From NCBI RefSeq assembly GCF_009914755.1, contig NC_060933.1: a stretch of 64,000 bases of DNA; one strand, 5' to 3'. This document shows, piece after piece, positions 50,107 to 62,474 of the stretch. The notes beneath the pieces were generated by a model that was given only the letters and a program-made list of their open reading frames with translations, was not told where the DNA came from and did no database searches. Within the stretch, counting starts at the first letter, position 1, and every line of letters begins with the position of its first letter. The DNA comes from the human T2T-CHM13v2.0 reference genome, Homo sapiens. Position numbers and translations under genes: made by a program.

Positions 50107-51219
50107 GCAAGGGTGTCTGGAATCAGGGATGGCAGGAACCAAGCCATGTCTGCGATCCAGGAAGACCTGGACAGGGGAGAGGCAGCAGGCCTGGAATGGA
50201 TGTGGGAGGTAGGAGACCCAGGAGGCAAGCATCTCAACACCTGGGGAGTGAGTGGATGTGGCAGATGAGAGAGTGACTCAATCAACGACAAGTCTCACTG
50301 TTCCAGGTTGGATCGGCAGGAAGATGGGGCATTACCGATGGGAGCAAAGAGGTTGGAAGGGTGGGATTTTTTATATCCCATTACAAGACAGAGCATGGCT
50401 TAACTAAGTGCGTCAGGAGAGCGTTAGACCTGAAGCTGGCTGAGCCCTCAAAGGATTTCGGAAGGTGATTTGGTGCTAGGAGAAGTGCCTTATTCAGGGC
50501 TATTCCTTAGTGCATGGGAAAGCTGGAAAGAAACCCAGTTTTTCTGACGCTCTGTTCTTTTCTTTACCCCAGGCTGCCTCCCAAATACAACCTTTACCCC
50601 ACACTAAGCATCCCAAACTTGAGGAAGTTCTTAATTCTTGCTTAAGGAGAGCCTTCCTGGGCGGTTGCTCCAGCAAGTCTTGGTGGGTGGTTCCTGTTAT
50701 TGATGATTTTATCAGTTGTAGGAAATCTGTGCTGGGTGCTAAGAACATCCATAAAACAGGGGAGGCATGGGGGGAATCCTATTGTATTAAGTCCTTTTCT
50801 CTCACTTCAGTTCTCCCCCACCCTAAGGCCTCCCACAGACATCTGGGATCCAGTGCCAAAATATGCATTCTAGAGCCTTCAAGCAAAACTAGGTCTTCTG
50901 CCAGCAAGAACGCTGAATCAAAGCTTTCTGTATCCCACTCCCTCTAAAAACCCTTTATCAAACTTTCACCACACAAAAATGGAAGCATTTCAGTCTCTGA
51001 AGCAGTTCAATGTGACTGTGGCTACTGCATCTTGAAGGGGATATTCATTCATTCAACAAATGCATTTTAAATTCTGCAATGTGATCAACACCATGCTAGA
51101 CACGAGAGATACAGCAGTGAGCATGTGTAGTCACGGTCCCTGCCATCTGGGAGACTCTTCTCAAATAAATCACAAACAAATGTAAAATTGCAACAGTGAC
51201 CCGAAGGAGAGGGACATAC

Positions 51220-51727
51220 ATGGCTGATGTGTATTCTGCCGTCCTTCACTTTCCTTCCCTCTGTACACACAATGCTGTTCTGCCCCTCAAGAGGTGAAGT
51301 CTTTTCCCTCCCTTGAATCAGGACTGGCCTTGGGAATTGCTTTGGGCAGCGTACTGGAGGGACACTGAGACTTCTGAGCCAAAGCCTTAAGAGAACGGGC
51401 AGATCTATTTCTACCCTCTTAGAAGCCATTGGCCATATGAAAAGCCCAACTATCCAGAGACCACCGTGGTGTGAAGAAACCAAGCTGGTCTGAGGGACAG
51501 GCTCTATGGAGGCAGCAATGCCCAGCCATGTCTCCACTCTTCAGCCACCCCAGCTGAGACACCAGGCACGTGATTGGAGAAGCCATCTTGGACATTCCTG
51601 CCCCAGTAAACACACGGGGAGCAGGAAGATCACCCCGCTGAAGCCAGTCCAGACTGAAAAATTGTGAGAAAGAATCAATTGTTTAAAGCTACGGAGTTTT
51701 GGGGAGGGGTGTTATACAGCTGTAGAG
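51220..51727 (+). mobile_element. MLT1G-like MaLR LTR
   Basis: CTCCCTTGAATCAGGACTGGCCTTG...GACTTCTGAGCC...AGAAGCCATCTTGGAC...AATTGTGAGAAA...TTTTGGGG...GTTATACAGC. Confidence 0.8.
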
Positions 51728-52910
51728 CTGTTGCCATGGGCTCCCAGAGCGCCCAATCCCCTGTGTCCTGGACCCTTCAAGCCCTGTCTCCAGTACCCCT
51801 GGGACTGCTCCCCCTACCTGTGTGTTAGTACTAAGTGGTTAATTCCTGGTCCAGAAGGAAGCCTCCATGATCTTGTCCCAGCATCCATTCTAATGGGGCC
51901 TAGGTTCTGGTTGGTCAATATCTGCACAGTACCAGTCAAGGTTTTGAGTAGCAACCTTGGCTGCAGGGTGCTCTCAGGTCTTATAGTGATGGCGTTTTAC
52001 CTCTTCAAAGAGTCCAGGAAAGGAGTCTGTGAGGAAGTGGCACTGAGCTGAGATCTGAAGTGTGTAAAGGTGTGAATTTGGTGGTGAAGGAGAGGGAGGC
52101 ATGACTTCAGAGGGGGCATGTAGGAGGGCTTTGTGGTAGGACAGAAGACGGTGGAAAGAGGAACTGTCTGGACCTTATAATGCAGGGCACGGTGGATTAG
52201 ACTAGACAGCACCCTTCCCTAGGCTGGCCAAAGACCTAGGAGAGTCTGACTAAGACTGATGCATGCTGGAAGGTGACTGACCAGCCCAATCAGGTCCTGT
52301 CTTTCAAAGAGTTCAAATCAAGATGCACCAAGAGAGCCAGTTGGTCAAGAGCAGAAGTGCAGCTGAGCCACCATAATGAAGGCTGGGGCTGGGGCACAGG
52401 ACACCTATCCTCAGTTGAGGACTGACCTCCATTGTTGCTGCAAAGCAGAGGTCGCAACCCGCAGGGTGGTTGGTTGGGGTGGCCAATGTGTCCCTTTTTT
52501 GGTCCATCCACATAGGGTTGCCAGAACAATATTTTATTATTAAATTAGTTGCCAGCATTGAAATATCAAAGGTTTTCAAATATGAAGATCTCAAACGTGG
52601 GAAATTTTGGAATATTTCTGCCACATCCCTGATTGCAGCAATAGCTAGAGGTGAGTAGGAACTACTCACTTTAGATGGAGCGTGTGTAGTGCACACCAGT
52701 GTATTACATGTCCACTGCTCCCCGGGGGGACCCCCACAATTGAGATGAGTGTGAGTCATCATGCGTCATCCCACACAGGCCCTGCTGCACACATTCACAC
52801 TGCCTACCCAGCTCCTGCAGGCATTGGACAGTGTAATTTCTTTTGTTGGGACACTGAGGCTGCTGTTGTAAACCAAAGACCTTAATGTCCTCCTGGTTGT
52901 CTGTGTGGTG

Positions 52911-53045
52911 GGGTTGCTAGATTTAGCAAACACAAAATGCTGAAGCAGAACAACCACCACCCAAGAACAAAATAAAATGGAATGTCCAGGTAAATTTATA
53001 TTTCAGACAAACAACGAATGATTTTTCAATATAAGTATGTCTTCA
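52911..53045. mobile_element. MER53 partial MITE
   Basis: GGGTTGCTAGATTTAGCAAA...TAAATTTATATTTCAGACAAACAACGAATGATTTTTCAATATAAGTATGTC. Confidence 0.7.
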
Positions 53046-53769
53046 GTACTGACATTTTCTCTAGCCTCTTTGTGAAGCAAAGCAGCATTGGTGCTGAGAT
53101 GGTGTCCTGACCTTGTATTTCTGGTACACAGAACCAGGTACATTCCCTACCCATGGCTGCCCATTCTATGCCTCCATTGACTGAGGTCACCTCGAGAGAG
53201 GCTCTGCTTCTTGCACCTGATGCTCCACAATAGCCCAGGTGTTGGATGAGTAGCCTGTCGGAATAGATTGGCTCAGAGGAATGATGAGAGCCAAAGTTGG
53301 AAGGTCATTTGGGGACAGACTGCAGAGGGCCCTTATGCCAGAATCAAGATTGAAGGCGACACCATGGCAGTGGCATTTCAAGAAGATGCAGCTGACATTG
53401 TTTTGAGAAACAGGAAGACAGCATTCCTGGGGGTGAGGAGCTCCCAAGAAAGTTGTGGGGATACTGAGGTTGGCAGTAATGAGGGTCTCCATTGGAAGGT
53501 GGAGGCTGGAATGGAGAGGAGTTGACATAGGCAACCAGTGTTGTAGGAAGAATCAAGAGGTTTGGTGACAGCTTGAATGAGTTGGTGACACTTCTATGGT
53601 TATCGAATGGGGGCAGCAGCACTGCCCTGAGCTATATTTCCCAGGAAGCTGGGAGGGGAGCTGCCCTGAAGAGAAAAGGAACAATGCCTTTTTAGATGTG
53701 TTGACCTGGAGGTGCAGTCAAATAGAAAAATCCAGTAAGAGGTTGAAAATTCTGGTAAGTTACAAAAGG

Positions 53770-53960
53770 AGTTAGGATTTACTGTGTGCTTGCTATGTAT
53801 TTCCTGTTCTAAGAACTTTATATATATTAATTTGTGAAATCATTACTAAAACTTTCTGAGAGATATACTATTTTTATTCCCACTGTATAGATTAGGAAAG
53901 TGAGTAACAGTGTGGTAACTGGCCTGAAGTCACACAGCTACAGCTGGTAATGTTCCACCC
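53770..53960 (-). mobile_element. MIR
   Basis: TACTATTTTTATTCCCACTGTATAGATTAGGAAAGTGAG...TAACTGGCCTGAAGTCACACAGCTA. Confidence 0.7.
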
Positions 53961-56900
53961 TAGCTGTCTTGTAATGACTGTGCCTCACTTCCTCACAATT
54001 TAAACCCAAGGATTCACTCCTCCACTTTCCTTTTAGCTGATCAAATCAATCTACAGCTAAGAAGAAAAAGTTTTGTCAGTATCATGTTAGTTAAAATTTT
54101 ATAATAAAACATGGACAATAAAGCCCAACATCCAAAATCAAATTAGATTTATATATAAAAAGAATCAAAATGGGTATATGGCCATGTGGGACATTTATTT
54201 TGTGGCTTCTAACTAGGATGCTTTAATTTTACATCGCCATCTCTGTATTTGGTAAGGCCATAGGTGGAGATCAGTAGTGAAATGAACCAACAATAATAAT
54301 ATTATGCCTTTGAATAACTTTTTAAATATGATTAAAATTATTAGCCATAATATATTAATTAATGAATTCTAGCCTTAATTTAATGCTATATATCTAATTA
54401 TAATTAAATTCTACTTTAATATATCATATTCAGTTATAAAATGCGAATCCATGGCAATTTTCCTATATAGTTGGCTGAAAGCAAGCAGCTTGCAAGTAAT
54501 ACAGTTTATCTTTAAGAAATCTTTATTTTTTTCTGTGTAAAATGCTAATGCATTTTCATAAATCAATTTACTTGTCATACATTCTTGCTGGGCTGAAAAT
54601 TGTTATTTTGTATTTTTGGAGAGAATTGTTGGATCTAAGTTCTTGGATTAATAGCTGCCATTGCTCCCTTGTTTTGGAAACATTTTGAAAGAGACCGTTG
54701 CATTCCTGAAGTCGGAATGTGGTTAATTCAGCTTTCATACACACAAGTTCTATTGGAAGGGAGAAACTTGAGGGAGGGGAAATTGCATCCCTGGAGATGT
54801 AAAGGGCTCATCACCAGTAGAGGAGATTTAGGGCACAGGTGCACAAGACAACTGTTGCCTCTTCCCGCTGAGCCAGCAACAGTGCTTCCAACTTCACAAG
54901 CAGCAGGGAGAAATCTGGGGAAGAAAAACGTCTTCACTCTTGTGCATGTTTTGGCCTGTTGCTGACTCTGCTACAGGTCATTTGGGGTGTGAGAGCAGCC
55001 TGGCTCTTTTTAACACCCTGTTTTTTTCCTGGTAATGGAGCAATAAAGAAACTTGGAAAAAGTGATAGCCTGGAGAGTGAAATTCAGGAACACCCATGGA
55101 GCCATGGGGAGTTCCCAGATCTCCCCAACAATTCACTGCTGACACTCCTGGTCTGACTCTGAGGAAACTCATTTGTGTTATTATTGATGGCAGGGCTGGG
55201 GTACTTTGGGGTGGACTGAAGACAAAGTCTCTCAGTGCTCTGTGAAATGCCAGTGGGCTCAGGGTCCTGGGTTGTTGAACCATTGAAGGGTAATTGACAT
55301 GTGCATTTCACAGGCAAATTGGCAAAGTTTTTGTGAACTTGTGCAAATCATATAAATAGGCTTGAAGTAGATGAATTATGATCAGTTCCTATAATGGGGC
55401 CTAGCCTGAGAGCTGCGAGAATAAGAATCTCATGGAGAAATCCCGACAGGTTGCTAAATAGGGTTGTATATGTGTGTCTATGTGCATGTGTGTTTAAGAA
55501 CCCTGCTCCCAAATTGCTATATGACTTCCAGTACTTGTATCCAAATTCCTCTTTCTGTTCTAATGGCATTCCTTCTCAGCTCTCCCCCTGCAGCACATCA
55601 TCCCTTTCTTCTCATTTCTAAACTTCAATAGTGAATTCAACAGTATTCTTTTTCTCTTCTTGGACGCATGATTTTTTTAACCTAGGAAAGAAGGGAGAAA
55701 ACTCCTTGGAGATTTATTTGAACACTTGATTAAAACAAATCTTATAATTGAAAATATTAATGGTTCATATTTTTTAGGGGATACAAAATTGACTTGTTTC
55801 ACACAAGTTCTATTGGCCACTTGGAATAAAGTCAAAACACCTTTTGGATAGGTCATCTAAATGTATTTTTTCTTGTACATAGGTTTAAGTAAAACCAGAC
55901 TGCTATGTCCTTGTTTCCTTGACATTGCTATGTGATGTTACTTGTCTGAAGGCGAGACACAAAATGAGGTGTGTGTGTGCGGACATATGGAACTAGTTTT
56001 CCTCTCAATGACAAACACATGAGTGGATACTATGCTTCCTCCCTGGTTATGCAGCTTCAAGCACGTCGACAATGAGGCTACCCCAAAACTGTGCTATTTG
56101 GGGTAGAGTGGAAATTCTCTCACAGACTCCTTCAACTTCTTTTCTGGTGGTAGCTTAAGAAATAAGATGAGAACAGGAAATAAGTCTCTTCAGAAATAAA
56201 AGGTCTAAGTCAAACTTTTAATTTGGGAAATCTTCTGCAAACTTGATTACTTGACTTAAACTTACTGATTCACACTCTAGGGGGTTCGGCTGACTGTATA
56301 TTGTACTCTTAACAGCCATGATTAGTATTTTATTTGCTTTTATTTTTTTCTCTCTGGAGTAAAGGGAGGGTAGGAGGCAGCATAAAACTATTTCCAAGTT
56401 ATTTAAATGAAAACTATTAAGCAATGGATGATTTATTATATTCATATTCTACATTTTTAAAAAAATCTAGGCCATTTATGTTTATTGTGTTTAGGATACT
56501 CTGAGAAAATAGTGGGAGTAAAACATTTCACTTTTCCTTGTCTAACAGTTTTACATGCAAATTTGGTTAAATGATAGAGGATGCATGTAAGGGAAACAAA
56601 TGAAAAAGTGGTAGTGAAAAGAAAAAAATTGTATATATTCTTAGAAGAAGCTGTTAAACTAGCTTTATAAATATAAACTGTAATCACTAACAGATAAGTA
56701 GCAAATATATTTTAAATTTAATAGCACATGCAGAACCATAATAATTACTGTCCAGTTATACTAAGATGTATATATTATGTTATATTCCTTAATGGGGTGG
56801 TGTGAAGGACTTTTTGCAGCCCTTCCTAGTAAATGTGTCATGGTTGGGTAAATGATCATTTTAAGGGTCTGTTGTAAGTGGTAGATGCCTCAGAAGCCTT

Positions 56901-59384
56901 TTGTTGTTTAGTTGTTTTGGGGGCAGTGAATATTTTCACTTTGTGTTTTATACAAAGGCAGGAAGGAAGAGCTGCTGGGGAGGATAGATGGGCACATCCC
57001 CTTGTCCTCTGGGGCTTTTGAAAACTGCCTTGTCTTCCTGGCAGGTTATGATAGGCAGAGCCTATTACCTCCTTTATGGAACACCCACTTTCTCCTTTAT
57101 CCCCAATCCATGCCAGCTCCTATAACTGAAGAGAATGTGTCTTATCAGGTGTTTTGGGACAGGAAAAATGTTTGAGAAAATGATTAGTATTTCTGAGAGA
57201 ATTTTTATTTCCAAAAATAGGGTGTATTCTATCACCAAATATCACTCTGCCAGTCAAGCAAGATAATGTTATGCATCTATAATCAGTGATGATTTCCAAA
57301 AAATTTATATTTTATACTCAACATACTATGCAAGATCTTGCAGAATTCATTTTGCACTGCATGACTGCTTAAAGGCTCACCCAGAGGGCTACTTCAAGCA
57401 AGAAACCTTTAAAGTTCTTCTTTTGAACCGTGGTAGGAAGAAGAGGATGTAAACATGATTTCTTTTTTTAAGTCACTGAAATATTTTATTTCAGTTTATT
57501 TTAATTTAAATGATTCATCTAAAAGATTGTTTAAGGTGGTATCAAACCCCAGTGATCATGAGAGAACTTACAACTTCTGCCAGCCAAAAGATCTGAAATG
57601 TTGCCAAGATGCCCTGGATTCAACCAACTTGAATGATGATCTATCAGCTTTGGGGATTCGGATTCTGAGATTAGAGGCAGCTGTGAGTAGAAAGAAAAAT
57701 CCACCCCGAACTCCACCCCTCCTTCTTCGTTCTAACATTCCCACAGAAATGAATATGCTTTTAGTTGAGCCGACTCAGACACAGAGGACTCAAGGCTGGA
57801 GGATTTATTTGAAAAGGAAACCCAAGAAAAATCCTGACACATCTTGAAAAAGCCTCTATAAATCTAAACCTAACTGCAGTCCGAAGGCCTGCCCACGAGA
57901 TGCAGGTCGAAGGGAGATGGTCCGGACTTGAAGAGCCTAAATCCACCGATAATTTTTTGTGAATTTGGGTCTGGCTCTCTGACACATATGGCATTCAGGA
58001 TTCCATAAAGGAGACAGTCCATCTGTGGGGCACAAACAGCTCCTTCTTGGAGGTGGTGGTTCTCGGACAAAACATAGTATCTCCAGAGTGTAGTACACAA
58101 TAGAGTGTGGGAAGGTACTTTTAAATACTTCCATTTTGGCTTTTCCACTGTCAATTTCTGCCCCATTTATAACACTTATAAAGATGGATAACTTAGATTC
58201 TGAAGAAAGGTTATTTTTTCTTCACTTTTCTCCTTCAAATGGGAGATAAAGTAGTTTAGGGGAGGCATGTTAAAGAAGGCTATCAAGACCTGTCCCCCAC
58301 ACTCTCTGTGTCCTATAAACCAGCAGAGCGCTGCATGGAAAAAGTCTTCTGTCTTCTCTGTAGCTGGAATAAAAGGAAAGGGAAGGAAAACACCCCAACT
58401 GCCAATCCCACTGCAGTCATGAAACTTGAGAAGTCTCTGTTGTCTGTTCTCAGGAAATGGTGTGGGTTCTTTTTGGAGTGGTTATGTTCAGGAAACCCAG
58501 AGCTGAGATGGAGAGGACTTCAGGAAGTTTATGCAGTGTATCCTTCACTTGCGCAGGAGGATAATGTATAAGAACAAACTGGACTACATGTAGGCATGCA
58601 TGAAAATGAGTATTCCTGAACATACTGAAGTTGGACTAGTATAATTAGTGATTGCTAAGTGCCCTTGGGCCAAGAAGGAGTGATAAGTGAATGGAGACCC
58701 TTAGGGCTGATCATCCTGGGAAGAAAGTGCTCTTTGGCATGGGATGAAGCAAGAGCTGGGCCATAGCCTGAGTGAGTGGGGCCTCTTATTCTCTCTCTCT
58801 CTCTCTCTCCCCGTCTCAGGGACCTCATGGCAAAAGTCTGCACCTCCAGAAAGAAGATAGGAGAGCCGGACTTTGTGACATGGTGACAGGCTATGACACA
58901 GGAAGGGGGACTCCTGGGACCCATAGAGGATGAGCCTGTTGGTTGGCGATTAAGCAGGTTTACCTATTAAGCAAGGTCATCCCTAAGGAAGTTCCCATAA
59001 GGTACTTCCATGAGTGCTCAGGCTTTTTGGAAAACAAACTCCAACAGATAGTGAGCACCTTAATCGCTCAGTTGAGTGATCAGTTGTGAAAAGGGATTTA
59101 ATATTTTTGGAAGTAAATGGGCCAGTGTTCCATGCATCTGCTTTCTCACCCCAAACCTCTCTTCTCACTGCTAGTGGTTCTTAGGCTAAAGAGGCTTGAT
59201 TTCATCATCTTTCATCTTGCTTCTGTTGCTCCCTGTTGCTAAGAGAATAGTTATATTTCTCAGGTCTTCTCTTGCCCCACAGTTGATGATTCTATAGTAG
59301 ATGATATGGAGAAGGAAAGAAAATAATCAAACAATTGTCCATGCCAAGCCCTTTGCCTATGTTTTTGTATTTGTTCCTTTTGGA

Positions 59385-59520
59385 AATTATGACACATGAA
59401 TATTATTATTCCTATTTTACAGATGAGAAAACCAAGGCACAGAAAAGCCAAATCACTTGGCTAAGCACAGCTCACGAATGAGGGGAAGACCCATGTATTG
59501 AACCTAGAATCATCTTCCTC
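59385..59520 (-). mobile_element. MIR
   Basis: ATTATTATTCCTATTTTACAGATGAGAAAACCAAGGCACAGA. Confidence 0.75.
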
Positions 59521-59619
59521 CAGAATACCTGCTGGGTTTTTTTTTATGCCATCTCCTTGCGTTTCACTCCTGGGCACTTTTTCAAATTCACTCTGGAGAG
59601 ATGAGTATACATTTAGGTA

Positions 59620-59749
59620 GCATGCAGGAGCAGGATAGGTATGCAGATGTGCAGGTGATATACAGGAGCAGGATAAGTGTGTGGATATGCAGGTGGCATG
59701 CAGAAGCGGGATAGGTGTGGGGATGTGCAGGTGGCATACAGGAGCAGGA
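59620..59749. repeat. Diverged 38-bp minisatellite, ~3.4 copies
   Basis: Units at 59620, 59658, 59696 and 59734. Consensus GCATRCAGGAGCAGGATAGGTGTGNGGATGTGCAGGTG. Confidence 0.9.
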
Positions 59750-62474
59750 GACAAGCCTGGAAGCATAGTAAATACTAATCTCCTGGCCTTTTCTGACTCT
59801 ACCTCATGCCCCCTCCTCCCAGCCTCCAACAATCTCCTGCCTCTGAAAGAAGTCACAACAAGGAATTTTTGTCATGAGATCAAACCAGTGATCCATCCAG
59901 CTCTGTTTCCTGCCTCTTCAGTTTGGTTGAGTCATGACACTTGAGCAGGAGGCAGAAGGCTCAGCAGCCCCTAAGGCGAGCAAACAATATTGCATATTGT
60001 AAATGGGATGAAAACATACCAGCTGACCCCCAGACCCATGTGTGCCCGAAAGCAGGAGATTTAATGAAGCAAATGGCCAGGTGAGGTCACAGACCAAATT
60101 CCAGGCATGCTTTGCCCACACTGGCTTCAAGGGTCTCCTTGCATCTCCCTGTCATATTTATAGACACATCTGAATCTCATTTTTAAAATTCCAGCCTCTG
60201 AGCTTTGATATATTCCTTTCTAATACTTTTCTGCTGTGACCTGATGAGCAAGAGGGGACATTTGCATCTGCCTTGCAATTAAGCTAAACAAGAGAGGAAA
60301 ATTTTAAACAATCTTTAAAATTACTTTAATAACACTTATAACACTTGCATATTAGGGTACAGGAAGAAAAGCGGCTTCTATTTTAAAATATTTTCTTATG
60401 TCAGATGAAGCTGGTTTATATCCACAACCCTTCCTTTCATGTCATCTCTTAACTTATTTTCCCACCACTTAAGCATGCTGGCTGCTGCCAAAAGTGAGAT
60501 CTTCTGCCCTACCAGGGCTAATGGTTCATCAGCAAGCAAGGCCAGTCACAAGAGCCATCTCAGTGGCTGGTCGGATAGATTCTGGGTCAGATACAGAAGG
60601 AGCAGGAACTCAAAGGACCTGATGTCTTACAAAGCACTCAGCTCTGGCTCTGAGAGTGGCAATCTGGGAACATACTGGAAATGTGGGGAGCCACAGCAGA
60701 GGGGAGCTTGCATGGGTATGGAAGCTATAATCAGAGGCCAGCCTCCAAAGCTGCTTGGATTAAAGATCCATGGTGCAGGTCCCTGAGGTGACCAGGCCAG
60801 AGGTCGCCCCCTTGCCTCTGCAGTGGATCCTCTGTGCTGTACACTGAGCCATCCAGGGCCAGGCCAGGGTCTCCTGCAGGATGCATGCAGGGTCTCCTGC
60901 AGGGACCGGAGAACTTGATACTGTTGGTGCAATTGCAGGATTGAGTCTTTTTTTTTTCTTTAACTTTTCCCCTGCTTCTTTTTTTGCCCAACGTGTGAAT
61001 TTTTGTTTATTCCTTTCACATCCCTTTTGCACTAATTTTTGTCTTTTTCTTTTTCTGTGAGGCTGAATTAAGTCTGGCCTACAGGAGATGTGCAGAGTCA
61101 GTTGAAAGAGGAGCAACAGAGCAACATTCCCTTTTCTTCGTGCCTTTTTTTTTTTAATGGCATTTGAACACAAAAGGTGGATCTCAGGATCTTGCCTGGA
61201 ACTTTTCTCAGATTACCAGGGTTGCAATACAGTGGCTGAACTCTGAGTCATTTTTCGAGCCCTTCCCTGAGAGCCAATACCAGGCATGCAGAGTCTCTTC
61301 TGATGGCGTACGGAGTCCAGAATCAGTCCCTGGGGTTTGAGAAGAAGGGCAGATTCGCCTTGGTAGGGGTGGTCAAGGGTTTAGGTTGATTACATTGGCA
61401 TTTCTCTTTGGAAAGTTGCAAAGCATTGACATTAAAATATCCTCCCTGTTAATTAAGAGTTTTCATATAACAGGGGTAAAGAACTTTAATGAGCATCATG
61501 GCACCCTGGTCGCTGAATTAATGGCTAAGCGAGGGGGTCTCGGGCTTCAGGCTTATCTGCCATTAGGCATCTCTGAGCTGGCAGGAGGAGCAAACTGACA
61601 AGAATCACTGTGGAAATGATTGAGTTTCTCAAGCAGCCTGTGTTATTTTAATTAGACCAGGATATTGAGAACATGGTGCATTGATAAATTGGAGAAATAA
61701 TGAAGGTTGTTTCTTCTCCTCTCATCTCTTTCCACCCCCTTCAAATGAAGCAATTATTTCTCTGACCTCAGGAACTGCATTTCAAAGAGGTCTGAAGACA
61801 GGCTTAGGCCTGCTGCTCCAGTGAATTCTGTGGTGCCCAATTACTGACCTCAGGAGTCAGCATTCTGAAGATTAGAGTCACGGGGAGTTTGCTTCACAGA
61901 CTCACTTCTAATAATATACCTTCCATGCAGACACCATTAACCTGCCTTTTCCAGTTAGCCAATAAGGTACATCGAAGGGCAAAATTGTTATCAGCTCTCC
62001 AGGGGTCAGGCCCCTGGCTCTAATTAGAAACAGGGGTATCTGCAAGGGAAAGTCATAAAAGCACCTAGTCAGTAAAAGCTGACAGTGAATGAAGGCGAGG
62101 TGAGAAGTCATTCAGGCCTGGAACCTGTGGACATAATGCATCTTTGGTGCTGAAAGAATCACAGCTCATTTAGGCTATCCAGCATTTTAAAGCTTAGCTC
62201 TTCTTTTCCTTGCCAGTTTTATTCCTATAAACTGGTGAGGACACAGTGAATCCTTCTCCTTGCCCCCAAACCTGGAGACCTTAGTCATTTAGTTGAACTA
62301 AACACACATTGACTGAGAGCTACCGTGTGTCAAACACCATGTGGGTGGATAGCTGGCCCTTCTCCATGGGGTTCTCTGAGAGAATTGAACCCTAATGCCC
62401 AAGGCATCTATAGTATATCTTAATGTTTTTCCTACCCATCTAGAAAGATGCTAGCTACATGGTATCCGTGGGAG

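Noticed and set aside
50510-50947. 145-aa plus-strand ORF
   Set aside because: No homology I recognise, a GTG start and no coding-like composition.
57455-57847. 130-aa ATG-initiated ORF with a possible donor GCT|GTGAGT near 57683
   Set aside because: No recognisable protein family, an AT-rich intron-like 5' half and a weak acceptor, so it cannot be supported as a CDS.
59620-59749. Possible CRISPR-like array (regular ~38-bp period)
   Set aside because: These are head-to-tail tandem units without unique spacers, with no cas genes, in a mammalian context.
50090-60815. Weaker CTCF-like motifs (~50095 minus, ~54815, ~60692, ~60795)
   Set aside because: Each lacks key core positions or has a spacing error, so I cannot support them without a PWM score or ChIP data.
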